DNA of 64,000 bases, taken from the NCBI GenBank assembly GCA_017511925.1, contig JAFWHS010000001.1, forward strand, positions 35-64,034, read 5' to 3'. The translations under genes and the position numbers were made by a program. Shown here in pieces: positions 34,595-43,513 of this stretch. Each line of letters begins with the position of its first letter. Position 1 is the stretch's first letter. Under the pieces are notes generated by a model. The model saw only the letters and a list, made by a program, of their open reading frames with translations. It did not search any database and had not been told where the DNA came from. Origin of the DNA: Candidatus Saccharimonadota bacterium. GTDB taxonomy: Bacteria; Patescibacteriota; Saccharimonadia; Saccharimonadales; Saccharimonadaceae.

Positions 34595-36694
34595 GTGGCA
34601 CCATTTATACTAACTTTTGTCGCAATCTCCATAGCGTTCCTTTTTATCTTCATTAATTTCAACAAATTATTTAGATTAAAAGAAGGCACCAGGGAGATGC
34701 GGAAAATCGCCTCCACCATTCGTGAAGGCGCAAATGAATTTATGGCGACAGAGTACAAAACCATCACTGTTGTCGTCATAATCATCGCGATAGTACTTTC
34801 TCTCTTCATTGAGAAATACGCAGGGATAACCTTCGTAATCGGTGCGCTTATGAGCAGCGCAGCTTGTATTATTGGTATGAAGGGAGCAACTCTCGCAAAC
34901 GTCAGAGTCGCCAACCATGCCCGTCTTACCAAAGACCTCGGCAAAACCAATAAAATTGCTGCTATGGGGGGATCCATTGGCGGATTGGCTGTACCAGCGT
35001 TTGGACTACTAGGACTCACCGCCCTATATTTAATCATCGGCGGAGTCAAACTAAATGTCCAAAGCGCCGGTATAATCCCAATCTTAAAATGCAATCCTAC
35101 CATTATCTACCTCAGCACTTATTCGCTAGGTTGTTCACTCATCGCAATGTTTAATCGTGTAGCTGGCGGCAACTTCACCAAAGGCGCAGATATCGGTTCA
35201 GATATCAGCTCTAAGGTTCGGCACAACATGCCTGAAGATGACGCTAGAATGCCATCCACCATTGCCGATTTTATCGGTGATAATGTCAACGACATCGCCG
35301 GAAACTGTTCGGACTTGCTCGAAAGCTTCGTGTCAACCATTGTTGCCAGCTTGCTTATCGCATTTTCGATCCACAACGGAGATGGAGAACTCTTTAACGC
35401 AACTTGCCTCTATCCTTTCGCATTAGCCGGAGGAGGACTCTTGAGCTGTATTATTGGCTTGGCTTACGTATTATTACACAAGCCTACAAACAGCCCGTCC
35501 AAAGAGTTAGACATGGTCACTTATATTTCGGCAGCACTTGTTACTATTGTAGGGGGATTATCTTCATTTTTAATTTTTAAAAATCAAACTCTCTACTCTA
35601 GTTTCAAGCTCGGCTGGGCCTCACCATGGGTTTCGTCAATACTCGGTATCATCAGCGGTGTTGCAATCGGCAAAATCACTGAATATTTTACCGCTACTGA
35701 CAAGCCACCCGTAAAAAGCCTTGCCGATATGGCACTGGAAGGCGAAGCATTCGTAGTTACCAAAGGTGATGCTATTGGTTCAAAATCATGTTTACCGCCT
35801 ATCATAATTATCGGAATTTCTCTTTTAATCTCCGGTTTGATTTGTGGTATTTATGGTATCGCTATTGCATCACTCGGCATGTTGTCTTTCGTAGGCGCTA
35901 CAGTATCTATTGATGCATTTGGCCCTATTGCTGACAACGCCGGTGGTATCGCCGAATCTTGTCATCTTGGCGAAGACATTCGTGAAATCACAGACCAACT
36001 AGATTCAGTTGGCAACACTACTGCTGCGATCGGCAAAGGTTTTGCCATCGGATCTGCTGCATTTGCTACCGTATCACTAATCTTTGCCTATGTTGGCAGC
36101 TACTCACAAGCGGTAGAACCCGTTTTAAACATTGCAAGCTTTGCAGTTATAGCTGGAGCCCTGATCGGCGGAGCCTTAATCGAGTTCTTCTCGGCTCTTC
36201 TAACTGATAATACTGTTAAATCAGCCTACCTTATGGCCGACGAAAACGAAAAACAGTTATCCGAACCCGGAGTACTCGAAGGCACTGTAGAACCCAGATA
36301 TATAGACTGTATCAGGATTTGCACCAAACAAGCCTTACACCACATGCTCGCACCATCATTGCTCGCATTATTTATTCCGGCGATTGGTGGTATTCTATTT
36401 GGCGTAGAGTTTGTCGGCGGCTTATTAATTGGCGCTACCATCGTAGCGATTCCTCGCGCTATTTTCATGGGGAATTCCGGTGGCGCCTTCGACAATGCTA
36501 AAAAGCTCGTCGAATCCGGTGCTATTGAAGGTCACGGCAAAGGTTCAGCTGCTCACAAAGCTACTGTAGTCGGAGATACCATAGGCGACACCAGAAAAGA
36601 CGTCGTAGGCGTCGCTCTTGATATCTTCATCAAAACTATGGGGACCGAAGCTAATACGCTCGCCCCACTGTTTATGTCGTTCCATTTATTCTAA
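34595..36694 (+). CDS. hppA: membrane-bound ion-translocating pyrophosphatase
   Basis: 699 aa; GDNVNDIAGNCSDLLES, DNAGGIAE, NSGGAFDNAKK and GDTIGDTRKD motifs; GTG start with AAGGAG. Confidence 0.9.
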   Translation: MAPFILTFVAISIAFLFIFINFNKLFRLKEGTREMRKIASTIREGANEFMATEYKTITVVVIIIAIVLSLFIEKYAGITFVIGALMSSAACIIGMKGATLANVRVANHARLTKDLGKTNKIAAMGGSIGGLAVPAFGLLGLTALYLIIGGVKLNVQSAGIIPILKCNPTIIYLSTYSLGCSLIAMFNRVAGGNFTKGADIGSDISSKVRHNMPEDDARMPSTIADFIGDNVNDIAGNCSDLLESFVSTIVASLLIAFSIHNGDGELFNATCLYPFALAGGGLLSCIIGLAYVLLHKPTNSPSKELDMVTYISAALVTIVGGLSSFLIFKNQTLYSSFKLGWASPWVSSILGIISGVAIGKITEYFTATDKPPVKSLADMALEGEAFVVTKGDAIGSKSCLPPIIIIGISLLISGLICGIYGIAIASLGMLSFVGATVSIDAFGPIADNAGGIAESCHLGEDIREITDQLDSVGNTTAAIGKGFAIGSAAFATVSLIFAYVGSYSQAVEPVLNIASFAVIAGALIGGALIEFFSALLTDNTVKSAYLMADENEKQLSEPGVLEGTVEPRYIDCIRICTKQALHHMLAPSLLALFIPAIGGILFGVEFVGGLLIGATIVAIPRAIFMGNSGGAFDNAKKLVESGAIEGHGKGSAAHKATVVGDTIGDTRKDVVGVALDIFIKTMGTEANTLAPLFMSFHLF

Positions 36695-36725
36695 ATAATG
36701 GTTTAACGTTTAAACTCCCTCCTTA

Positions 36726-36752
36726 TACCCCGGCTTCGGCCGGGGTATTTTC
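36726..36752 (+). terminator. rho-independent terminator after hppA
   Basis: TACCCCGGC-TTCG-GCCGGGGTA-TTTT. Confidence 0.7.
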
Positions 36753-36815
36753 AATCCCTTACTTTTTTTTGCCATTCATGGTAATATTAAGATATATAAT
36801 TAAAACGGAATTATA

Positions 36816-37541
36816 ATGAAATCATTTCTTAAAAAAATCATCGTCTTAGTTGCTGTCATCTTGTCAGTTTCATTTGCAACAAGCCTCACCTCCCCAACGC
36901 CAACCTACGCACGTGATATGGGGAGTTGTGAATACGTTCTAGGCCTTACTTCCTGGGATTGTGGCATAGAAGAAAAACCAGACGATACCGAAAAACTCAA
37001 AAGCAATATTGTAATCATTGCCAGTAACGTCCTTGTAGATATCAGCGTCATTGCCACATATCTAGTTCTTGGCTACGTAATTTACGGAGGATACCTTTAT
37101 GTCTTTTCCTCCGGAGACCCCAGCAAAGTATCTGCTGGCAAAAAAACACTCACTCACGCTTTTACTGGCCTTGCTATCGTCATATTGGCAAATGTTATAT
37201 TAAATACCATTCGCATCACTCTACTCGGAGCCAATGGATCATTCTCCGACGTAACCGGCACAAATGCCAAAGATATGGTAACCGGAATGATTTCCTGGGC
37301 AATTAGTATTGCCGGCGTGGTGTCCTTGATATTTATAGTAATCGGTGGAGTCAATTACACCACTTCTGCTGGTGATCCCAGCAAAATCCAAAAAGCCAAA
37401 CAAACCATACTATACGCTCTCATCGGTCTAGCCATTGTCGCACTAGCAGAAATTATTACAGCCGTCGTTTCTAGCACTATCAGAGACGCAGCAGCATTCA
37501 ATAATGAAACATTAATAGCAAAGGAGCTTTATGAAAAATAA
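36816..37541 (+). CDS. tandem (two-module) VirB2/TrbC-like pilin-like protein
   Basis: 241 aa with a signal peptide. It has two copies of the pilin-like module: ..YGGYLYVFSSGDPSKVSAGKKTLTHAFTGLAIVILA.. and ..IGGVNYTTSAGDPSKIQKAKQTILYALIGLAIVALA.. Confidence 0.6.
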   Translation: MKSFLKKIIVLVAVILSVSFATSLTSPTPTYARDMGSCEYVLGLTSWDCGIEEKPDDTEKLKSNIVIIASNVLVDISVIATYLVLGYVIYGGYLYVFSSGDPSKVSAGKKTLTHAFTGLAIVILANVILNTIRITLLGANGSFSDVTGTNAKDMVTGMISWAISIAGVVSLIFIVIGGVNYTTSAGDPSKIQKAKQTILYALIGLAIVALAEIITAVVSSTIRDAAAFNNETLIAKELYEK

Positions 37542-38013
37542 ACTTACTAAAGTAATCGTACTTACATTAACATTTTGTGGTTTATTTGGAGTCTCGACCT
37601 TACCGGCCTTTGCAGAAGATTGTTCCGACATTTGTAGTGCAGATTGCACATCAGTACCACAAGCCGTTAAGGATGCGCAAGGCTGCAACGGTGCCAACAC
37701 TACTGCAGACGCAAAAAAAGTGGTTGTCAATATCATCAATAGCATCATAGGAATTCTTGGTTTTATAGCAGTTATATTTATAGTGGTAGGCGGCGTACAA
37801 TATATGACGTCCACTGGCGATGCTAGTAAATTAAAGCGCGCTAAGGACACCATTCTCTACGCATGTATCGGTCTTATTATCTGTGTACTCTCGTTTGCTA
37901 TAGTCAATTTCGTCATAAAAGGACTCCTGGACTCGCCAGGGGGTTATACGTCTAGTTCTGATTGTACTAATGCTGGCTATACATGGAACAATACTACGGG
38001 CAAATGCGAATAG
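37531..38013 (+). CDS. VirB2/TrbC-like pilin-like protein with Cys-rich ends
   Basis: Signal peptide; VVGGVQYMTSTGDASKLKRAKDTILYACIGLIICVLSFAIVNFV. Confidence 0.6.
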   Translation: MKNKLTKVIVLTLTFCGLFGVSTLPAFAEDCSDICSADCTSVPQAVKDAQGCNGANTTADAKKVVVNIINSIIGILGFIAVIFIVVGGVQYMTSTGDASKLKRAKDTILYACIGLIICVLSFAIVNFVIKGLLDSPGGYTSSSDCTNAGYTWNNTTGKCE

Positions 38014-38087
38014 TTAAAACTGCCTAAAGAGTATTGCTTTTATGAAATAAAAGTTGTACAATAAAATCAAGTTAACAAAGGAATAAA

Positions 38088-38396
38088 ATGACTAATCTAT
38101 CAAACATATTAGTAAAGGTAGCTGCGGTTACTGGAGAAAAACCAGATGAAGTAGGCGACAACGGAAATACTCTCACAACTGACGTAACATCTATAATTAA
38201 CGCCATTATAGCCGCCCTAGGCATGATAGCTGTTGTAATTATTATCATCGGAGGTGTTTCATATATGACTTCTTCTGGTGACTCAGCAAAAGTCAAAAAG
38301 GCTAAAGACACTATACTGTACGGCGTAATTGGTTTAATTATTTGCGTTCTAGCATTTGCTATAGTGAACTTTGTAATTTCAAGTCTTCTAGCATAA
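38088..38396 (+). CDS. VirB2/TrbC-like pilin-like protein
   Basis: IIGGVSYMTSSGDSAKVKKAKDTILYGVIGLIICVLAFAIVNFV. Confidence 0.6.
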   Translation: MTNLSNILVKVAAVTGEKPDEVGDNGNTLTTDVTSIINAIIAALGMIAVVIIIIGGVSYMTSSGDSAKVKKAKDTILYGVIGLIICVLAFAIVNFVISSLLA

Positions 38397-38404
38397 TCCA
38401 AAAA

Positions 38405-38430
38405 ATACCCCCTCCGGGGGTATTTTTTTA
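38405..38430 (+). terminator. rho-independent terminator after the pilin genes
   Basis: ATACCCCC-TCC-GGGGGTAT-TTTTTT. Confidence 0.7.
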
Positions 38431-38494
38431 TTCCTATTCGTTTATAAAAATAAACTAGAGCCAAGCCCTAGTTTATTTCATCTTCAGAATATAT

Positions 38495-38992
38495 TTATTG
38501 CACCGCAATCTTCTTTGGTGCTTCAGTTTTTTCCTTCTCAAAGGTGATTGTAAGCACGCCATCCTTAAGCTCAGCTTTCACGCTGTTTTCATCCTCGCGC
38601 ACCTGTACCGGCAAAGCAATAGTACGTGAAAACTCACCCCAATAACATTCCTGAATATGCCAACGAGTGGTTTGCTCATCTTCACCACCAGACAACACAC
38701 CTGAAATCGTCAAAATATTATCGGAAATACTGACATCAAGATCAGACTTAGAGATGCCAGCGGTTCTAGCTTTTACTACTAATTTGTCGGCGGTTTCATA
38801 GACATCCACTGCGAGCTGTCCCGGAAAATCGTCGGCATTTTCCCACTCATCTTCTTCCGATTCGCCTGACTCCTGAGAAACCTCCTCTACCGCTACCTCT
38901 TCCTTTGGAGCCACAAGTTCATCATCTCCTCCAAGAAAAGCCGCAGCGAGATCGTCTTCCATCAGCAAATCGTCACTGTTTGTACGAGCCAT
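38495..38992 (-). CDS. hsp20: Hsp20/alpha-crystallin small heat-shock protein
   Basis: LAVDVYETADKLVVKARTAGISKSDLDVSISDNILTISG...FSRTIALPVQV...KAELKDGVLTITFEK; GGAGG SD. Confidence 0.85.
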   Translation of the reverse strand: MARTNSDDLLMEDDLAAAFLGGDDELVAPKEEVAVEEVSQESGESEEDEWENADDFPGQLAVDVYETADKLVVKARTAGISKSDLDVSISDNILTISGVLSGGEDEQTTRWHIQECYWGEFSRTIALPVQVREDENSVKAELKDGVLTITFEKEKTEAPKKIAVQ

Positions 38993-39056
38993 ATTTCCTC
39001 CACTTATATTGTTATGCTTTATTATAAAGCATCTTTATAGTAAAATCAAGAGAAAT

Positions 39057-39746
39057 ATGCCAAATATTGTAAAAAATACAACATTTCCAAACCTCCTAGA
39101 CCTCATCGCGCCGCACTCTTGTAGAAGTTGTGGCCGTCTAGGTAGCCCACTTTGCGACAATTGTAAAAATTACATCATCGCCAACAACATCAACCTCTGT
39201 CCAGCCTGCAAAACCGCCACCCCAACCGGCAAATGCAAAAAATGTCGCACCCTTCCCTCTATTTTCATTGTCGGCAAACGCGATGGCCTTTTAGACATTC
39301 TCATCCACGATTACAAATATAATTCTGTTCGCGCTATTGGCCCTAAACTCGCTAAACTCCTAGACGCTAAACTACCATCAGATATTAATCAAGCTATTAT
39401 CATTCCACTTCCTACCGCCACTCACCACATCCGTGCTCGCGGCCTAGATCACACTCACCTCATTGCCAAACATCTCGCTAAATTACGTAATTACAAAGTC
39501 CAAAACCTTCTCCTCCGCAACAAAAACACCGTCCAAGTCGGCGCCGACCGCAAATCCCGCCTCGCTCAAGCAAACGAGGCCTTCATCATAAACCCCAAAA
39601 TCAAAATCGATCAAAACGCCACTTATATCCTTTTAGATGATGTCTGGACTACTGGAGCCTCCATTCGCGCCGCCATCAAAAAGCTCCGGCAAGCCGGAGC
39701 CAAAAACATCATCGTAGCTCTTCTAGCAGTGAGTAGCCTGGATTAG
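39057..39746 (+). CDS. comFC: ComF-family phosphoribosyltransferase-like competence protein
   Basis: N-terminal CxxC...CxxC zinc-finger-like motifs and a C-terminal PRTase loop ILLDDVWTTGASI; I prefer the ATG at 39057 over the TTG at 39009. Confidence 0.75.
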   Translation: MPNIVKNTTFPNLLDLIAPHSCRSCGRLGSPLCDNCKNYIIANNINLCPACKTATPTGKCKKCRTLPSIFIVGKRDGLLDILIHDYKYNSVRAIGPKLAKLLDAKLPSDINQAIIIPLPTATHHIRARGLDHTHLIAKHLAKLRNYKVQNLLLRNKNTVQVGADRKSRLAQANEAFIINPKIKIDQNATYILLDDVWTTGASIRAAIKKLRQAGAKNIIVALLAVSSLD

Positions 39747-40157
39747 CGAAGTTTCTTCACCCTGAGGCTTCTCTACAGCTGGGTTCTCGCTAGATGGTAA
39801 AGCAGTAATCACGAAATTCACAATCGCAAATGCCATAAAGCAAATCACCAAACCAATGATTGCATAAAGCACCGTATTCTTCGCATCCGTTACCTTCTTT
39901 GAATCACCACCAGATACCACATAACGAATACCACCAATAATAAGCATAATTACTGCGATGATACCTACAATATACAAGATAGTGTTTGTTATTTGTTTAA
40001 ACGCGCCTTCACTGCCAAACAAATTCTCTGGGCATCCATCACATCTCGCCGCCTCTGCACCTTCTTGCAAAGTCAAAGCCGACACGCTGTTTAGCCCCAA
40101 CAGCCCCACCGTTAAACACATTACGATTGATAAAATTACTTTAGCTACATTTTTCAT
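39723..40157 (-). CDS. VirB2/TrbC-like pilin-like protein
   Basis: Signal peptide MKNVAKVILSIVMCLTVGLLGLNSVSA; IIGGIRYVVSGGDSKKVTDAKNTVLYAIIGLVICFMAFAIVNFV; start moved to the ATG at 40157. Confidence 0.6.
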   Translation of the reverse strand: MKNVAKVILSIVMCLTVGLLGLNSVSALTLQEGAEAARCDGCPENLFGSEGAFKQITNTILYIVGIIAVIMLIIGGIRYVVSGGDSKKVTDAKNTVLYAIIGLVICFMAFAIVNFVITALPSSENPAVEKPQGEETSLIQATHC

Positions 40158-40203
40158 GCCCCAATTATACCACAACAAACAAAAAATGCCAATCGGCATC
40201 ATC

Positions 40204-40227
40204 GCATGGCGGAGGGTGGGAGATTCG
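40204..40227. repeat. 24-bp direct repeat of the tRNA-Ser 3' end
   Basis: GCATGGCGGAGGGTGGGAGATTCG is identical to 40279-40302. Confidence 0.8.
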
Positions 40228-40281
40228 TTTCGAGCGAAGCGAGAACCGAATCTCGCTTTTTGTGTGCTTCTTCAAGAAGCA

Positions 40282-40374
40282 TGGCGGAGGGTGGGAGATT
40301 CGAACTCCCGCTCCAGATCACTCCAGACTAACGATTTAGCAAACCGTCCCCTTCAGCCACTTGGGTAACCCTCC
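40282..40374 (-). tRNA. tRNA-Ser (anticodon GCT), long variable arm, with encoded CCA
   Basis: rc = GGAGGGT..ACGGT TTGCTAA ATCGT..GGGAG TTCGAAT CTCCC ACCCTCC G CCA; 93 nt; type II layout. Confidence 0.85.
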
Positions 40375-40432
40375 ATTCATTCTATTCTATCATATTTTGT
40401 TCACTTTTGTAAAATCATGTTATAATGAGGTT

Positions 40433-40903
40433 ATGGCAAAGACATCACTTCCACCAGTTTCTTGGGAAGCTGAAGAATACATCGTACGCGATCATGATGT
40501 TATATGGTACATCGGCCTATTCATCGTCGCCATAGCTCTTGGCGCTCTCGCTGTGCTTTATCAAGGTTGGACATTTCTTACGCTCATAATATTGAGCGTC
40601 ATCACTATCTTGGTTTCCAATCTTCGTCCTCCGCGCAAAATTCGTTACACTCTAGACAATAAAGGCCTCAAAGAAGGCACTCGTTTACATAAATACGACG
40701 AATTCCGCGCCTTTGGCATCCTAAAAGAAGGCAACCATTACTCTGCCGTGCTAATCCCAAAAAAACGCTTCGGCCTCAGTGTCAAAATTTATTTCCCTGA
40801 AGGTAGTGGTGAAGCTATCGTAGACAATCTCGGCAATCGTCTCCCCATGGAAGAAGTTAAGCTTGATGTCCTAGACAAAATCGTTAACTTCTTGCGTATT
40901 TAA
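40433..40903 (+). CDS. hypothetical two-TM membrane protein
   Basis: ATG at 40433, 6 nt after TATAAT (40421-40426); the track starts upstream inside the tRNA. Confidence 0.5.
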   Translation: MAKTSLPPVSWEAEEYIVRDHDVIWYIGLFIVAIALGALAVLYQGWTFLTLIILSVITILVSNLRPPRKIRYTLDNKGLKEGTRLHKYDEFRAFGILKEGNHYSAVLIPKKRFGLSVKIYFPEGSGEAIVDNLGNRLPMEEVKLDVLDKIVNFLRI

Positions 40904-40950
40904 GCATAGTATGATAAAATTAACATAAGTATAATAAAGGTGGGCATAAA

Positions 40951-41478
40951 ATGAACCAAAATCCAACAGTAGATAACGATCTACAAAAAGCAATTGACGA
41001 CATCACAAACAATACCAATACTGATCCTGTTTTTTCGGACCCAGTGGCAGCCCCTTCTTCCGTTCCAGAAGGTGACACCGGCGCTCTCGCCGAACCAGTC
41101 GGGCCATTTCCAGAACCATTACCACCAGCCCCAGTTGAGCCAATCGCTCCAATAGTACCAGATCTTAATATCCCAGAAATGCCTACACCAGCTCCAGAAG
41201 CTGTCGTTACAGATACCGTTTCCGAAACCATCGCCATGCCCCAAACCAACCTCGACATTCATCAAGTCAAAGAAGCCGCCTTACGCGATCTTATCCCACT
41301 ATTAGATCGTCTCAGCATGAGCCCATCGCAAAAGTTCAATCTTTATCGCGACATCTTCGACAATCTTCGTGATTACACAGTTCTTGGCCCAGCCTACAAT
41401 GCCGCCAAAGAAATTACCGACGACACTGAGCGTGGCGAAGCTCTTCTCTACCTCGTCGAGTCTATCGATAAAATGTAA
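40951..41478 (+). CDS. hypothetical Pro-rich protein
   Basis: 175 aa; AAGGTGG SD; proline-rich centre and a helical C-terminus. Confidence 0.5.
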   Translation: MNQNPTVDNDLQKAIDDITNNTNTDPVFSDPVAAPSSVPEGDTGALAEPVGPFPEPLPPAPVEPIAPIVPDLNIPEMPTPAPEAVVTDTVSETIAMPQTNLDIHQVKEAALRDLIPLLDRLSMSPSQKFNLYRDIFDNLRDYTVLGPAYNAAKEITDDTERGEALLYLVESIDKM

Positions 41479-41498
41479 AAAGCTCACCTCCTTAAAAA

Positions 41499-41518
41499 AT
41501 AGCCCCTCCCGGGGCTAT
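41499..41518. terminator. bidirectional terminator between convergent genes
   Basis: AAAAAATAGCCCC-TCC-GGGGCTATTCTT; the T-run is on the minus strand, for groEL. Confidence 0.6.
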
Positions 41519-41531
41519 TCTTGAGCTACCT

Positions 41532-43145
41532 TTAATACATCCCGCCCATGTCAGGCGCAGCTGGCTTTTCTTCCGGTATTTCACAGATTAAAGCACCCAT
41601 AGTGATTGCTGTTGCCGCAATAGATGTTGCGTTTTTTACAGCTTCTTTCGTCACCTTTGCCGGATCAATCACACCAGCTTTTTTCAGCTCTACCAAACCT
41701 TTACTTGGATCCATCACGTTCACGCCATAGCCAGGCTTCGCCTTCTCCACTTCCGCCAAAAGCGCCTGCGCATTAAGTCCAGCATTTTCCATAATATGTA
41801 CAAATGGCGCCTTAAGAGCATTTTTCACAATTTTTGTACCTTGATCATCACCACTTAATTTACCAGCCAAATTCACCAAAGTCACACCACCACCCGTCAC
41901 GATACCTTCTGCAAGTGCAGCCTTAGTTGCCGCTACTGCATCATCCACACGGAATTTCTTTTCGTCAATTTCAGTTTCAGTCGCACCACCCACCTTTATG
42001 ACTGCCACTTTCCCCGAAAGCGCTGCTGCACGCTTCTCAAATTCTTCACGTTCATAATCACTCTTTGCGTTCTCGGCAAACGTATGAATCAAATTAATTC
42101 TTTCTTCTACTGCCTTCTTATCTCCTGCACCCTTAATAATAGTCGTCTCACTCTTAGTGGCGATTACTTTATTGGCAGAACCAAGCACTTCGAGCCCTAC
42201 TTCCTCAAGTTTCAAACCTTTATCAGCGCTCACTACCGTAGCATCGGTCAAAATTGCAATATCTTCCATAATTTCTTTGCGCCTATCGCCAAACGAAGGA
42301 GCTTTCAAAACTAAGGAGTTAAATACGCCTTTTAATTTATTCAATACTAGTAACGACAAAGCCTCACCTTCTACTTCTTCAGCAATAATTACCAAATCTT
42401 TTCGTCCAGCTTGCGCACACTTCTCGAGCAGTGGCAAAATATCGCTAGCTGCCGAAATCTTTCTATCTGTCACCAGCACAATTGGCTTGTCAAACACCGC
42501 TTCTTGCCTATTCACATCCGTCACAAAGAAAGCCGACGCATAACCCTTATCATAGCTAAAGCCTTCCACAATTTCCTGTTCCATCTCTAGGCCTTGTCCA
42601 GCCTCTACCGTCACTACGCCATCTTTGCCAATCTTCGAAATCACTTCCGCAATCAACTTACCAATTTCTGCATCACCCGCCGAAATTGTTGCCACTTCTG
42701 CCACTTTCTTTGAATCACCTTCAATTTTCTCTGCAGTCTTATCAATCTCCGCAACAATCTCCGCTCCAGCTTTCTCAATACCACGACGAAGTTCCATTGG
42801 ATTTACGCCAGCCGCGATCAATTTATTTGCTTCATTCAAAATATTATAAGTTAGCACCGTCACCGTAGTCGTGCCATCACCTGCTACCTTATTTAATTTT
42901 TGAGCAGCAGTCTTAATCAATTTAGCACCCACCGCTTCACCCAAAGCCTCATCCTTATTTGGCAGTTCCACCGCCTCAGCCACTGTTACGCCATCATGAG
43001 TAATTACCGGAGCGCCATACTCCTTCTCAATAATCACATTCTGACCCTTTGGCCCAAACGTCACCTTTACCGCATCGTATAATTGCTTTGCACCAGCCAG
43101 CACCTTTTCGCGTGCTTCTGCTTCGTAGTATATCTTCTTTGCCAT
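41532..43145 (-). CDS. groL: chaperonin GroEL
   Basis: 537 aa; AGDGTTTVTVL, VEGEAL and a C-terminal GGM-type tail. Confidence 0.95.
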   Translation of the reverse strand: MAKKIYYEAEAREKVLAGAKQLYDAVKVTFGPKGQNVIIEKEYGAPVITHDGVTVAEAVELPNKDEALGEAVGAKLIKTAAQKLNKVAGDGTTTVTVLTYNILNEANKLIAAGVNPMELRRGIEKAGAEIVAEIDKTAEKIEGDSKKVAEVATISAGDAEIGKLIAEVISKIGKDGVVTVEAGQGLEMEQEIVEGFSYDKGYASAFFVTDVNRQEAVFDKPIVLVTDRKISAASDILPLLEKCAQAGRKDLVIIAEEVEGEALSLLVLNKLKGVFNSLVLKAPSFGDRRKEIMEDIAILTDATVVSADKGLKLEEVGLEVLGSANKVIATKSETTIIKGAGDKKAVEERINLIHTFAENAKSDYEREEFEKRAAALSGKVAVIKVGGATETEIDEKKFRVDDAVAATKAALAEGIVTGGGVTLVNLAGKLSGDDQGTKIVKNALKAPFVHIMENAGLNAQALLAEVEKAKPGYGVNVMDPSKGLVELKKAGVIDPAKVTKEAVKNATSIAATAITMGALICEIPEEKPAAPDMGGMY

Positions 43146-43195
43146 TTTATCTCCTTAATTTAAAGTTTTCCACAGGTTTTTCCACAACTTCATCT

Positions 43196-43450
43196 CTATA
43201 AAGTCGCCAAAACATCTTCCTCTTTCAAAATAATATAATCTGTGTCATCTACCTTAATATCCGTTGTAGAATATTCCTTATACACTATTTTGTCACCTTT
43301 TTTCACTATGGATACCTCTGGACCTACTGACTCTACCACCGCATAAGCCGGCTTCTCCTTAGCTTCACCTAGCAAAATCCCTGATTTAGTTTTTTCCAAT
43401 GGTTTTTCCACCTTTGCCACAATTCTATCTTTTAAAGGTTTTAGTGTCAT
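43196..43450 (-). CDS. groES: co-chaperonin GroES
   Basis: MTLKPLKDRIVAKVEKPLEKTKSGILL...; ATG with AAGGAGAA SD; the track start at 43483 is upstream of the SD. Confidence 0.9.
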   Translation of the reverse strand: MTLKPLKDRIVAKVEKPLEKTKSGILLGEAKEKPAYAVVESVGPEVSIVKKGDKIVYKEYSTTDIKVDDTDYIILKEEDVLATL

Positions 43451-43486
43451 ATTTTCTCCTTTTCTACCCCTATTATAGCACAAAAA

Positions 43487-43513
43487 TTAGCACTTGCAAT
43501 ACTAGAGTGCTAA
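43487..43513. promoter_or_regulatory. CIRCE operator (HrcA binding site) upstream of groES-groEL
   Basis: TTAGCACTT-N9-GAGTGCTAA, immediately upstream of TGCTATAAT (rc of 43470-43478). Confidence 0.8.

Noticed and set aside
31286-38464. ORFs antisense to VirB6-like, hppA and pilin genes (31286-31915, 33473-33826, 34573-35103, 37512-37853, 38072-38464 and others)
   Set aside because: The opposite-strand genes have conserved motifs, signal peptides and SD/terminator context. These ORFs do not.
40920-41258. 112-aa minus-strand ORF, and the 136-aa ORF at 39958-40368
   Set aside because: The first is antisense to the SD-preceded Pro-rich gene. The second runs through the pilin gene antisense and into the tRNA-Ser.
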